A stretch of 63,890 nt of DNA, counting the filler, from Stramenopiles sp. TOSAG23-2 (Eukaryota), in NCBI GenBank assembly GCA_900128395.1. It is 3 parts of 3 records of this genome, joined end to end, with 100 filler letters (N's around TTAATTAATTAA, not from the genome) between each part and the next. Parts side by side here need not be neighbours in the genome. Positions count along the whole stretch, not along the records: positions 1 to 21,876 come from LT649525.1; positions 21,977 to 43,848 come from LT649526.1; 1 more part is not named here. The stretch is one strand, 5' to 3'. Position numbers and translations under genes: made by a program. Under the pieces are notes generated by a model, which made no database searches, was not told the DNA's origin, and worked only from the letters and a program-made list of their open reading frames with translations. Shown here in pieces: positions 13,001 to 23,034 of this stretch. Numbering within the stretch: position 1 is the stretch's first letter; the number at the start of each line of letters is the position of its first letter.

Positions 13001-15473
13001 TGATCATTGCACGGCCAATCTTTTCCAATAATTGCTGTCCACCACCGATATTACGTTGGGTATTTGCAATACGAGCAGCTTTTGCTGGGAAGCCACCTTT
13101 CAAATATAAATTGATTGCGGTGACATAGTCGCCTTCCTCTTCCTTCAATTTCGCGGCTGCTTCCTCTTGTCCACTCTTTTCTAAGTATTCAAAATAATGT
13201 AACTTCATTTGAGATGCATCGCCATTGCCCGTTTGTTCCGCAACTTTGATTGCATCTGTCCAACGATGCATGGTTTGGTACATTTCAATAGCTTCTTCCG
13301 CTTGACCTTGTTCCACATAGATACGCTCTGCACGTGCGAAGTCTCCATCTAGTAAGGCTAATGACGCCCTTACTTTGAAATGCTTCTTGCCATCCGTGCC
13401 TGTATTTTTGGATACGCCATCAACAATTTTATTTAAACGCCTTAAATATCTTGCTTTCGATACGTCCCCTAACGCAGCATAACACCTTTCTGCTGCATTT
13501 AATTGCCTTTCTTCCCATGCACGTTTTGCTAATTGGTTCCACATTGCTGCAGTTTCATTTGACAATTCCAAACCTTCCAAGATATCCATTGCCTTGTCAA
13601 AATCTAAATCATCCATTGCAGTTCCAAATGCAATCAATTGCTCATCTAGCTCGTACGATGCGGTGTTGATTCCTTCGTCAACAATAACCTCTGTTTTTCC
13701 ACCACTTCGTTCGATTTCTTCCACTTCCCCTTTGATTTGGTACATGGTTACTTTATCAGGTGCAGAGATGTTGTACCATACGCATAAATTATTTCGATTC
13801 TGTGCAACTACGACATCGGAGTTTGGTACCCATTGTGCATAGTTACAATAATTTAACAAAGTAGTACGATTTTGAGAAGCAATGTCATATAGATGCAATT
13901 GCCTACGTTTATCGCGGAATAAAAGTAAATTTGCACGTCCATTTAGCTCCATCCAGTCGATTCTAGCATCATGATTAATAGTTGCTAATCCAATGTTAGT
14001 GGCTAAGTCCATTATTCTGATGGTATGCACGTCTAATAAATATGCAATTTTCTTGTTGTCGTCACTATTTTCCACATCAACATCCATTGTTTTACCTTCG
14101 CTTCCACGGCTGTTTCGTAATGGAGGCCTTTCATTAATACGTACGGATAATACACTTGGTTTCATGTGTTCAGTTCTGCAACTTCCTAAAATTTCATTGT
14201 GTCCATATTCAATCAATGACAATTCACCCGCATTAAAAACCATGCAACATGCTGGATTATCAAAAATAAATTTTTCACTTCCACTTCCATTCCATGGAAC
14301 TTCACTTAATTTGCAACTGACTAAATCACCAGTTAAAATGGTTTCCGGTGTCAATGCAATTAAATAACGATCTTGAAAAACATTAATCTTCGTGATTTCA
14401 CAATTGAAATGCGATTTTAAAACAACACGTTGACCAGCAGATGGCCCTGTCATACGCTTTACGATGACTTGACTTAAGCTTACATATGTAAATTCAAACG
14501 CATTTTTATACGTCATACGTTTGACACATGCATCAAATGCATCCAACGCACCGCATAATGTACCAATATTTAAACGGCTACCATCCCATTTCCATCCTAA
14601 TGCAGTGACGGAGTACATATTTGGAATTTCCTTCCTTTCCCCTTCTCTCCATTCTTCTGCACGTGCATGAAAATTGTACGATATGAATTTGTCATAATTA
14701 CCAATAACAACTGTTTCACCCGATGGATTAAATGCAGCAACTGTAAACTCTTTCACAGAATCATCGTTTGAATAATCAAACGTACGCACTTCCATGCCAT
14801 TCATTGGATCGTAGAAAACAACTTTTGAATCGTTTCCAGCGGCAACGATGGATTCCCCCCAACTCAATGCGTATGGTGGGCATGTATGTGTAATGATCTG
14901 GCGATGCGATGGTGCACCACTATGTTCATCAAACGCGAAATGGTGTACGGAACCATCTAAATGTCCAGATAAAAAACCATGTCCATCCGGTGAGGTACAC
15001 ATGGAGACTGTGTATGATTCAGCATTATAACATGTAGCAAACTTATTGTTTTTCAACTGTCCTAATTTTACTTTGCCGTCTTCTAAACCGAAACATACTT
15101 TGTTTGGCTCTTTTGTCGGCCATGCTAAACTAGTTACTGAATGGTGTTGGCTAAATTTATTACAAATACTTTTCTTATCCCCCCATTCTACACCTAACTT
15201 GTATACAAAGACAATTTGATCACTTTGTGCAATTGCAAGTTTCGTACTATCTGGGGAAAATGCCATTCCACGCACTAAATAATTCTTTGGTCCCCTATCA
15301 GCAGGCTTCGTACTAAATTTATCACGTTTTTCTCCATTTTCATCATATAAGACAACAATCCTATCTACGGTAACACATGCCATACGTTTATTATTTGGTG
15401 ACCAACATATTGCAGTCACTTTATGCATATTATCCTTTGCATTAGATAACGTTTTCACATGTCGTAATTGCAT
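10044..15473 (-). CDS. IFT172: Intraflagellar transport protein 172
   Basis: 1809 aa. N-terminal WD40 with 'RDKFSTKP' and 'FSPDSTKLAIAQSD..VFVYKLG.EWGDKKSICNKF', TPR-like helical repeats, and C-terminal 'CIITGYP'. Intronless. Confidence 0.97.
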   Translation of the reverse strand: MQLRHVKTLSNAKDNMHKVTAICWSPNNKRMACVTVDRIVVLYDENGEKRDKFSTKPADRGPKNYLVRGMAFSPDSTKLAIAQSDQIVFVYKLGVEWGDKKSICNKFSQHHSVTSLAWPTKEPNKVCFGLEDGKVKLGQLKNNKFATCYNAESYTVSMCTSPDGHGFLSGHLDGSVHHFAFDEHSGAPSHRQIITHTCPPYALSWGESIVAAGNDSKVVFYDPMNGMEVRTFDYSNDDSVKEFTVAAFNPSGETVVIGNYDKFISYNFHARAEEWREGERKEIPNMYSVTALGWKWDGSRLNIGTLCGALDAFDACVKRMTYKNAFEFTYVSLSQVIVKRMTGPSAGQRVVLKSHFNCEITKINVFQDRYLIALTPETILTGDLVSCKLSEVPWNGSGSEKFIFDNPACCMVFNAGELSLIEYGHNEILGSCRTEHMKPSVLSVRINERPPLRNSRGSEGKTMDVDVENSDDNKKIAYLLDVHTIRIMDLATNIGLATINHDARIDWMELNGRANLLLFRDKRRQLHLYDIASQNRTTLLNYCNYAQWVPNSDVVVAQNRNNLCVWYNISAPDKVTMYQIKGEVEEIERSGGKTEVIVDEGINTASYELDEQLIAFGTAMDDLDFDKAMDILEGLELSNETAAMWNQLAKRAWEERQLNAAERCYAALGDVSKARYLRRLNKIVDGVSKNTGTDGKKHFKVRASLALLDGDFARAERIYVEQGQAEEAIEMYQTMHRWTDAIKVAEQTGNGDASQMKLHYFEYLEKSGQEEAAAKLKEEEGDYVTAINLYLKGGFPAKAARIANTQRNIGGGQQLLEKIGRAMINAGMFDKAGDFYERMDDVERAMELYIKGNAYRRAVELARRSFPAQVVRLEADWGDYLVSQKQVDAAINHYIEAGEHEKAIRASLDSKQWTKAAQLIDSTMRGDACKPYYSRIASHYREAKRYDLAEEYYIKAGKASDAVDMYTRANKWELAHKIATRYMSENEATHLYINQAQDLERVNKLKEAERLYLAVNEPDLAINMYKKARKYDQMVRLVKTYRKELLKETHLHLAQQLEMEGNLRDAEKHYCEAQEWQSAVNMYRANDNWDEAIRVAKVHGGLSASKRVAYAWAMHLSGEQGAKLLTKLGLIEQAIDYSVETGDFEHAFGLARNSLKSKLPEVHLKHALFLEDEERFAEAETEFMKAGKPREAIDMYIHQQDWAQAGRVAEQYDPSAMPDVFVAQARIAVERKDFTRAETLFISAKKPELALKAYKEASRWQDAIRVAKRHLPHKLSEINEDYTRATTGGGSGGGQKSSGSSNNNKGQSHSSHHVTASKDANLDALLQAARNFEESGDWGRAIDTYLSISESHAKNLAALEEIWEKAVKLAGHHERRRLRDVTMEVAGRLNTLKRFEGAGDLYRDLDMFRESVTAYIAGACFKKARNLVEQDAPQYRQMVENAQESHMANAGDAHGLVNSGNVVAGLDILAQKGDWDRVFEICEQQAPEKGAFYATQYASQLVQDGKQNEAINVLGRFGGDPDDSNFILYKGLIKEFFGRTLKQTSVQGGGNDIVSLTKDLRKLIYSLVQSLKGGDSGGGSKYEGKTSNSSSNQGALKFFERALLVAHYMTMQKEFEENGNSKEAAQIAVALLRFCGVIPADRAFYEAGIACRDTNDLSMAFVFLNHYLDLSEAIEEADATMIDNSDFVGTDIPAPFDYALPKQQYLDEDAREEIRDWVLQISMNQQVDQSVTNRNCVKCNDKIYTATLTCPSCKNQSDACIITGYPITSQSNRVSCTNCNNVANKAAWNLVVAATGKCPWCNAPQKPIY

Positions 15474-16313
15474 TTTTGGTTTGTTATTATTATAATATTC
15501 TGTTTAAAATATTTAATAGACGTATGTGTGTGTCTGAGAGACTGGTTCGCTGTATATATTATGTAATTATATTATATGTATTCAATATCTATGTTACTTA
15601 GTTGATTTGTTTCTAGTATATAAAAGATATATATATTTAATTTAAATATATATATTCGAATATCGTTAATGGCACAATGGTAATTTAATGCTAATAATCT
15701 TATTTGCTATTATCCGGAGAAATCAAAAAATTTGAAAATTAGTTTGTGCTTAGCCATGTGCAAATATTGAAAATAGAAGAATGTTGTATTTACAAGAATA
15801 TAGCTCAAGCTAAAAAACGAGCTAGCACCACGGCAGCACTAAAAATTGCTACCATATCCACACCATCAGCAATGCTACTATCAATATACACCGTACACAA
15901 CTAGCTTATCATCATGATATAGGAAATACATCGTAATTTGTAGTAATTAGTATATATACAGTACGTGCGTACCACCTGGTACTGTCTCAAGTGGCCCATT
16001 TCAACGAGCGTTTTGTTGCCGTTTTTCTCCTATTAATGCTGTGTGATGCTAGCTCGTTCGCATACAATAAAAGAAACAAAGATGGAAAAGACCGTTGTCT
16101 CGCTTTTAGCTGGTTAGCTACAAAGTATATGCAAAATAACAGTAAAATGTACATAAACTAGATCAAAACAGAAAAACAAGTAACAAGAAGAAAGAAAGAT
16201 TAAGATAAACAAATTATTTTTTGAATCAATCTATAAATATAATATAGCAGATTTATAATATATATAGTAATATACATACATAATATAAGGGTAATCGTAA
16301 TAAATATTTCATC

Positions 16314-17840
16314 ATGGCATCATCAGTATTATCAGTATTTGAAACATATCAAAAAGCACGTGTTGCGTTTGTACAATCCGTTGCTGACTTAGCAACAAGG
16401 GCACAAAACATTGAGATCATGCAAAATGCTGGCGTTATGCAATTGTTACGTCCATTATTATTAGATAATGTCCCATCAATCCAGCAAAGTAGTGCATTGG
16501 CATTGGGACGTTTGGCAAATTATAGTGATGATTTAGCAGAAGCTGTTGTTGGTAATGAAATTTTACCACAGTTAGTATATTCATTATCTGAACAAAATCG
16601 TTTTTATAAAAAAGCAGCTGCATTCGTTTTGAGAGCGGTTGCAAAACACTCCCCAGAATTGGCACAAGCTGTTGTTGATAGTGGTGCATTGGAATCATTG
16701 GTCGTGTGTTTGGAAGAGTTCGATCCATCTGTTAAAGAAGCAGCAGCATGGGCACTTGGTTACATTGCTGGACATACTGGTGAATTAGCACAAGCAGTTG
16801 TTGACGCAGGTGCAGTGCCTTTACTTGTTCTATGCGTACAAGAACCAGAAATTTCATTGAAACGTATTGCAGCCAGTGCATTGTCTGACATTGCAAAGCA
16901 TTCGCCGGAATTGGCACAAGCAGTTGTAGACGCAAGTGCAGTTACATATTTAGCAGCATTGATCACCCACTCCGATACAAAATTGAAACGTCAAGTATGT
17001 ATGGGTTTAGCACAAATTGCTAAACATAGTGTTGACTTGGCAGAAGTTGTGGTGGAAGCAGAAATCTTCCCAAAAATATTAACTTGTCTTAAAGATACAG
17101 ATGGTTACGTACAAAAGAATGCATCTACTTGCATTCGTGAAGTTGCTAAACATACACCAGAATTGGCTAAATTAATTGTAAACAGTGGTGGTGCAGCAGC
17201 ACTTGTTGAATATGTAAGTGAAACGAAAGGACATGCACGTTTACCAGGTATTATGGCATTAGGTTTTATCGCTGCATTCAGTGAAACATTGGCATTAGCA
17301 GTTGTTGTATCAAAAGGTGTTACACCATTAAAAGATGCATTGATCACGGAGCCAGAAGATCACATTAAAGCAGCAGCAGCATGGGCATTAGGGCAAGTAG
17401 GTCGTCATAGTCCAGACCACGCAAGAGCATTAGCAGAGAATGAAGTATTAAGAGTTTTATTAGCAAATTACATGCATGAGGCAAATAGTGCTGATTTACG
17501 TACTAAAGCAAAACGTGCATTGAAAGCTATCTTGAAGAAATGCACACATTTACCAGCATTGGAACCATTATTAAAAGAAGCACCAGTCGAAATACAAAAA
17601 TACATCCTCGAACAATTTGCAAAAACCTTGCCACACGATCAACAAGCACGTCGTACATTTGTACAAAGTGGTGGTTTACAATTGGTATGCCAATTGGCAG
17701 AAGATGCAGATGGTAAATTAGCAGAGCATATTAAAGGAATACAAGATTGTTATCCACCAGAAATTGTAGAATACTACAGTCCAAAATATGCAGATCAATT
17801 AATGAAAAAAATCGATGAGTTTACACCAAATGTCGGTTAA
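16314..17840 (+). CDS. SPAG6: Central-pair armadillo-repeat protein PF16/SPAG6
   Basis: 'VFETYQKARVAFVQSVADLA', 'LLRPLLLDNVPSIQQSSALALGRLANYS', 'YPPEIVEYYSP'. 508 aa. Confidence 0.97.
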   Translation: MASSVLSVFETYQKARVAFVQSVADLATRAQNIEIMQNAGVMQLLRPLLLDNVPSIQQSSALALGRLANYSDDLAEAVVGNEILPQLVYSLSEQNRFYKKAAAFVLRAVAKHSPELAQAVVDSGALESLVVCLEEFDPSVKEAAAWALGYIAGHTGELAQAVVDAGAVPLLVLCVQEPEISLKRIAASALSDIAKHSPELAQAVVDASAVTYLAALITHSDTKLKRQVCMGLAQIAKHSVDLAEVVVEAEIFPKILTCLKDTDGYVQKNASTCIREVAKHTPELAKLIVNSGGAAALVEYVSETKGHARLPGIMALGFIAAFSETLALAVVVSKGVTPLKDALITEPEDHIKAAAAWALGQVGRHSPDHARALAENEVLRVLLANYMHEANSADLRTKAKRALKAILKKCTHLPALEPLLKEAPVEIQKYILEQFAKTLPHDQQARRTFVQSGGLQLVCQLAEDADGKLAEHIKGIQDCYPPEIVEYYSPKYADQLMKKIDEFTPNVG

Positions 17841-18897
17841 ATTATATATTATTGTTATTATATTATAGTCAAGAAGGATATGAAAAAAATACATATATAC
17901 TGAATATTTTTTCAAAGTGATGATAGAAATAAGAAATATGAAAATATTTTAACAAAAAAAAATAAAGATGATAAAAAAGAAATACAACATGACTGTAATA
18001 AAATGTGAAAAATATTTATATAAAATAATGATTTTAAAAAAAAAGTAAAATAAAAAAAGGTATGATATGTACCAATATACAAAATAATGATATTGGAATA
18101 CAATATATATACGACGGGGGCAAGAAATAAAGTATAGGGAGTGCGATGTGTGTATAATGTAATATATGATATTTGATACGAACTATATACCTACTATTTT
18201 TTTTATTCCCCAAAATAAAGTATGATGCGCGCGTAATTTTAATTTTTAATATTTCTACTCGTAATAATTCCTGCTCTCAAGAGAGAATAATAGTGTTTGA
18301 GCCAAATATTAATACGAATTAGGATCGTATATTATCTTCCAGATGTCACACAAAATGTGTCAATAACTCCCATCCCATAACAGGAATTACCGATGAGGTA
18401 AGAATAGATGTTATTAACCTTGTGTTGAGATTGAACAATATGAAGAGGGTGGGGAATAAATTGTACCAGCAGGGTATATACTTCATTGTGTTCCTCGCCA
18501 AATGCACATTTTAATGCATTAATTATCATTAATATTCTTTTGAGAGTAGGACTTGTCATGGGTATGGAAATAAAAATTAAAATGTACACACTATAATATT
18601 TATATTGGGAGAGATACTGTTTTTTGTGTGTTTATTTTTAAAACATATCTCAAAAATGTATGTGTGCATATGCATCATTCACGCATCATTATTACATAAT
18701 ATATATATACTTCGTATATGATATGTGTATGTGGTGTTTTTATTTTTTCTCTTTTCCAACAAAATGGTATCATATCACACTAAAATGTATTTTATAAGCC
18801 AATTCACAACATTAATTCTCTCTATACTACAAAAAAAGTACGTAATCTCTCCCAACAAAAAATACAAAAATGTACGATATAAAACCTATTTCATTCT

Positions 18898-19848
18898 TTA
18901 GGAATCTTTATACAAAGGTCCAGAATTACTACTATCACGCATATATGGTGATACGCCCATCGTTGCACGTTCTCTTCTTTTCTTTTTTTTATCTGTAACA
19001 CTTCCACGATGACGACGTCTCAATGAATTCAAATCATTTGAATCATTATTATCAATATCTTCATCTAAATTAATTTCCATCATTGGTTGAAAATTTGTAT
19101 AAGGCTTTGCTTGTGGTGCAAGTGGTGGCTTCTCGCCATTATCTCCACTTGATCCACCTCCACCGCCGCTACTGCTACCATTTTTATTGGAATATTTGGA
19201 AGCGACAGACGATAAACGTTGTTGTGATAATTTAAAATCAGCTATACGACGTTTACGTTTTTCATCCATAACAATTTTACCTAACTTTTTCAATGATATT
19301 TCTAACTGATCAATATCTTTATTTGAAATATCACTTAAACTTTCACGAACAATGAAAGAATGTGCCCTTCGCGTAAACTCAATACAAGAGGACATAAATT
19401 TTATGTAAAATTTCATACAATATGGCAATATTAATACATCAAATCGTTTTAAACCTGGTTCAGCAAATGTTGTATAAAACCAAATAATTAAATCTTGACT
19501 TTTATTTTCTAATAATAAACATAATATCAATAAAATTTGTAAGTCTTCAAAACGTGATGAAAAAACGGTTGCAAGCATTCGTAATACACCACAAACAACC
19601 CAAAAACGTATCCATGTCTTGGTAGTAAATGCATCGCTACCTTTGCCTTTACCACTGCTATCTTCCTCCTCTTCATCAGGTGGTGGAGGAATACTTCCAC
19701 CACCATCTAAAAAATCACTAGCGTGAAATACACTTGAATCTTGCATAAGTTTCTCTTCATTTTCTGACTTTAATGCTTGAAAACTACGAAATCCTGCATA
19801 TGTAAATCCAAGGGATACAATCGTGGAATATAAAACAGTACCAATCAT
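18898..19848 (-). CDS. Membrane protein, divergent TB2/DP1/HVA22 (REEP)-like
   Basis: First ATG at 19848. 'YAGFRSFQALKS' and 'WIRFWVV' resemble the REEP YPAY.S.KA and WL.YWVV motifs. Hydrophobic segments present. Confidence 0.5.
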   Translation of the reverse strand: MIGTVLYSTIVSLGFTYAGFRSFQALKSENEEKLMQDSSVFHASDFLDGGGSIPPPPDEEEEDSSGKGKGSDAFTTKTWIRFWVVCGVLRMLATVFSSRFEDLQILLILCLLLENKSQDLIIWFYTTFAEPGLKRFDVLILPYCMKFYIKFMSSCIEFTRRAHSFIVRESLSDISNKDIDQLEISLKKLGKIVMDEKRKRRIADFKLSQQRLSSVASKYSNKNGSSSGGGGGSSGDNGEKPPLAPQAKPYTNFQPMMEINLDEDIDNNDSNDLNSLRRRHRGSVTDKKKKRRERATMGVSPYMRDSSNSGPLYKDS

Positions 19849-20327
19849 TGTGCTTTCGATTAATTTTTTGAAACGCAAGTTGATATAGTTACATTAATTT
19901 TGGTATTATATATCTACATCTCTTGTTTGTTAAAAATGTTGATCTAATTATTTTTTTGCAACGTTTAGTTAGTAGTGTTATTATTATTATTATTAATATA
20001 CACAGGTACATACAGGTACTGTAATTCAATTATTTTATACTGCTGATGTATTGCTATTCTGGTTGTGTGGGCTGGTAGGCCAGTAGACTAGGCGGCCAGT
20101 CGTCTATCGATATAACACTATATATTTTTTATTTTTATATGCATATACTGTATATATATATGAGTATGATATGATATACGAAGTATTTAAATAAATACGA
20201 ACCGTATTTAAAAAGACACATCATATCTATTATTTTACTCAAACATCATTTTATCTCATAGAAATACACACACAATAATAATATATTAAATTAATATATA
20301 TATATATGTGAATTTGTCAAAATACTT

Positions 20328-21623
20328 TCATGTATAACATAAACTTGAAATTGTTGATATGAAAATTGCTAGAAATACTATTTCAAATATCGCAAGATAC
20401 CTACTATTTTTTCCACTAGCATTCAGATCACCAAGTGATGTGACAACAACATCGTTCCTGCTACATATTACTTTACCACAACTACCATATTTTTTACATC
20501 CATATGTATCTAACTCATTAGATTTTTGATATGTACATGAAGAATTCAAATCAACACAACCCATTGTATACATGCAATTTGGATTCTCAGTGGCAATATT
20601 AGCAGTAGTATTAATATCACAATTGTATATATTGTTGTTGCCATTATTATTATTAATAGGGATTGCTATTATAGGTGAATTGTCATTATTTATACAACAT
20701 TCTGATGGGGTACAAGTTGTTGAATTACAATATGCTTCTGGGTAATCTTTCATTTTTGTTCCACTTGCACATGTAAATGAAATACAACTAGCAACTACAC
20801 CAACAATAGAATTTGTACAAGATGAAGTACTACTACTTGTGAGCCTTCTTCTTCTCCAACCATTTAATCCATAGACAACATTACCTTTATTCAAAATGAC
20901 ATTTGTCATGACAGTTACATTCCGATTTAATCCCCCTATCGCTTTTGGACCTTCGCTTACATCATATTTAAATGTTAACTCTTTTATATTGTTATATTTT
21001 GGATGATTAAGAATAATTGGCTCTTCCACACCACAACTATGCCAGTTAAATGAATTTGTCATAATATTATTAACTACTACATTTGGGTCGGTTAAATTTT
21101 TCGATATAGGTAATTTAATCAATAATTTCTTCTTAATGCAAACTCTGGACCCTGGGGTATGTCCATGGCCGATTTTATCCAACTTTTCATCATTTAAATC
21201 TATTGTATAAAATCCACAAATTTCGTGACCATTTGTATGTCGTTGGAAAAAAAAGCCTGTGCATATAGAACATTCAGAATTTGCATTGCCTAAACCAGAT
21301 AATTGATTAAATAACAAAGCAGAGTTGCATCTTGCTTTGCAATATTCACTTGCTGCATCCATATCATTTGTTGTTGCATATTCAGGCACATATCTAGGAT
21401 TTGCACTACATACATTGTTAGAGCATCCATCCGTTAATGATATTTGATGATATTGTACATTTAATATAAAATTTATTGATTCATCACATACATAGTCATC
21501 GTTTCCAGCAAGTTGTTCCGTTGCAGCATATATGTCTTGGATATAAGAACATAGTAAAATAATAAACGAAGTGATGGTTATTATCCTATGTATTTTGAGG
21601 AAGTAAGAGGTGGGGAACATCAT
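20328..21623 (-). CDS. Secreted or surface Cys-rich protein with signal peptide and C-terminal hydrophobic (TM/GPI) tail
   Basis: N-terminal hydrophobic stretch, many cysteines, PAN/apple-like 'C..RC...CTGFFF...ICGFY', an RRRRL motif, and a hydrophobic C-terminus. Confidence 0.7.
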   Translation of the reverse strand: MMFPTSYFLKIHRIITITSFIILLCSYIQDIYAATEQLAGNDDYVCDESINFILNVQYHQISLTDGCSNNVCSANPRYVPEYATTNDMDAASEYCKARCNSALLFNQLSGLGNANSECSICTGFFFQRHTNGHEICGFYTIDLNDEKLDKIGHGHTPGSRVCIKKKLLIKLPISKNLTDPNVVVNNIMTNSFNWHSCGVEEPIILNHPKYNNIKELTFKYDVSEGPKAIGGLNRNVTVMTNVILNKGNVVYGLNGWRRRRLTSSSTSSCTNSIVGVVASCISFTCASGTKMKDYPEAYCNSTTCTPSECCINNDNSPIIAIPINNNNGNNNIYNCDINTTANIATENPNCMYTMGCVDLNSSCTYQKSNELDTYGCKKYGSCGKVICSRNDVVVTSLGDLNASGKNSRYLAIFEIVFLAIFISTISSLCYT

Positions 21624-21876
21624 ATTTATTGTATATATATATTACTATACTTCTTCTTCTTCTTCATCTCTATGATTTCTCTTCTTGTTCTTTGGATGTG
21701 CACATGTATGAATCATCTCTTTATGATTTTTTCTCTTCTTGTTCTTCAATCAGGCACAGTATTTAAGGTTAAGGATTATTATGCACTTATTTATATTATC
21801 CATACTAATACCTGGTAGCTCAGTTTGATGCCGGTTTTCTCCCTAGATTAATGATTGGCGATTATTGGCACCATTT

Positions 21877-21976
21877 NNNNNNNNNNNNNNNNNNNNNNNN
21901 NNNNNNNNNNNNNNNNNNNNTTAATTAATTAANNNNNNNNNNNNNNNNNNNNNNNNNNNNNNNNNNNNNNNNNNNN
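21877..21976. other. Artificial contig linker
   Basis: 44 N + TTAATTAATTAA (stops in all six frames) + 44 N, exactly 100 nt and identical to the linker at 43849. Confidence 0.97.
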
Positions 21977-22208
21977 AAACTTGTGTTTTTCTGCCATGTT
22001 TTCTGTTTTTCATTTCCTATCATATTTATACTTAATGTCGTGCTTTTCATATACTCAGTAGCTTTGTAGTGTTTGATATATTTGATAGGCCATATTAGGT
22101 ATTTTTTGTACTTGAAAGTGGAATGTTTTCGTACAAATTATTTTCTCTGATCTATTTTTTTTTTTCGTTTTTTTTTTGTTGTTGTTGTGCTTTTTATACG
22201 TTTGCACG

Positions 22209-22387
22209 TTTCATGGTATATATAATTTCAATAATATAACAAAAGTACAAACATAAACAGTAATACATACACAGGATAGCATAAACCACGCGTTTCGCAA
22301 CTTTCTTTTCATGGTATATATAATTTCAATAATATATAACAAAAGTACAAACATAAACAGTAATACATACACAGGATAGCATAAACC
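22209..22387. repeat. ~80-bp direct repeat, two copies
   Basis: TTTCATGGTATATATAATTTCAATAAT...CAGGATAGCATAAACC at about 22209-22287 and 22307-22387, differing by one AT insertion. Confidence 0.9.
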
Positions 22388-22751
22388 GGAAGAACACAGA
22401 TGAAATGATCGAACAAATATAAATAACAACATGTCAATATGACGACGATAAGAAAGGTTTTACTTCTTCAATTGTACTATAATATGATAGTAATCTACAA
22501 TACTGTTTTTAAATATATATTGTGTATTTCGATTGTATCATATGTATATATATATGTATATATGATATATGGCTCATCATGCTATATTTATTATAATACA
22601 CATTTTATTATATCCGTATATCTTATAACTTATTCAACTACCACGGTACTTATGCATCACTGGTATGTAACAGTTAAAAACAATCATCTCACCTGTCGTC
22701 CATTGTGCCAACCAGAATGCTGCTGTGCTGTGCACCTGTACTGTATGTAAT

Positions 22752-22846
22752 TTCTGGCATTCTGGCATTCCTGGCATTCCTGGCATTCTGGCATTCTGGC
22801 ATTCCAGGCATTCCAGGCATTCTGGCATTCCAGGGCATTCCAGCAT
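22752..22846. repeat. Minisatellite of 8-9-bp units (CTGGCATT / CCWGGCATT), about 11 copies
   Basis: Directly visible: ttctggcattctggcattcctggcattcctggcatt...ccaggcattccaggcatt. Confidence 0.92.
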
Positions 22847-23034
22847 CATTTGCAGCACAATTTCACAGCTTGCAACCCTTCATAAGTATATATATAATGG
22901 CACAGGCACAATACCTGGTATGCAATAAAAAAAAAAAATAAAAAATAACAAAGATTTAATAAAAAATAACAAAGATAGTATTAGACAATATATACAGAGA
23001 GGTAGACATATAGTTATAATTGTATATCACAACG

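Noticed and set aside
10789-15030. Many short antisense ORFs within IFT172 and other long genes
   Set aside because: Shadow ORFs with no recognisable motifs.
21877-21976. TTAATTAATTAA palindrome as a biological element or piggyBac TTAA site
   Set aside because: It is centred in symmetric N runs and repeated identically at 43849-43948, so it is an assembly concatenation spacer.
22634-22941. ORFs with MPG/GIP repeats (collagen-like)
   Set aside because: They are translations of the CTGGCATT minisatellite, and the flanks have non-coding composition.
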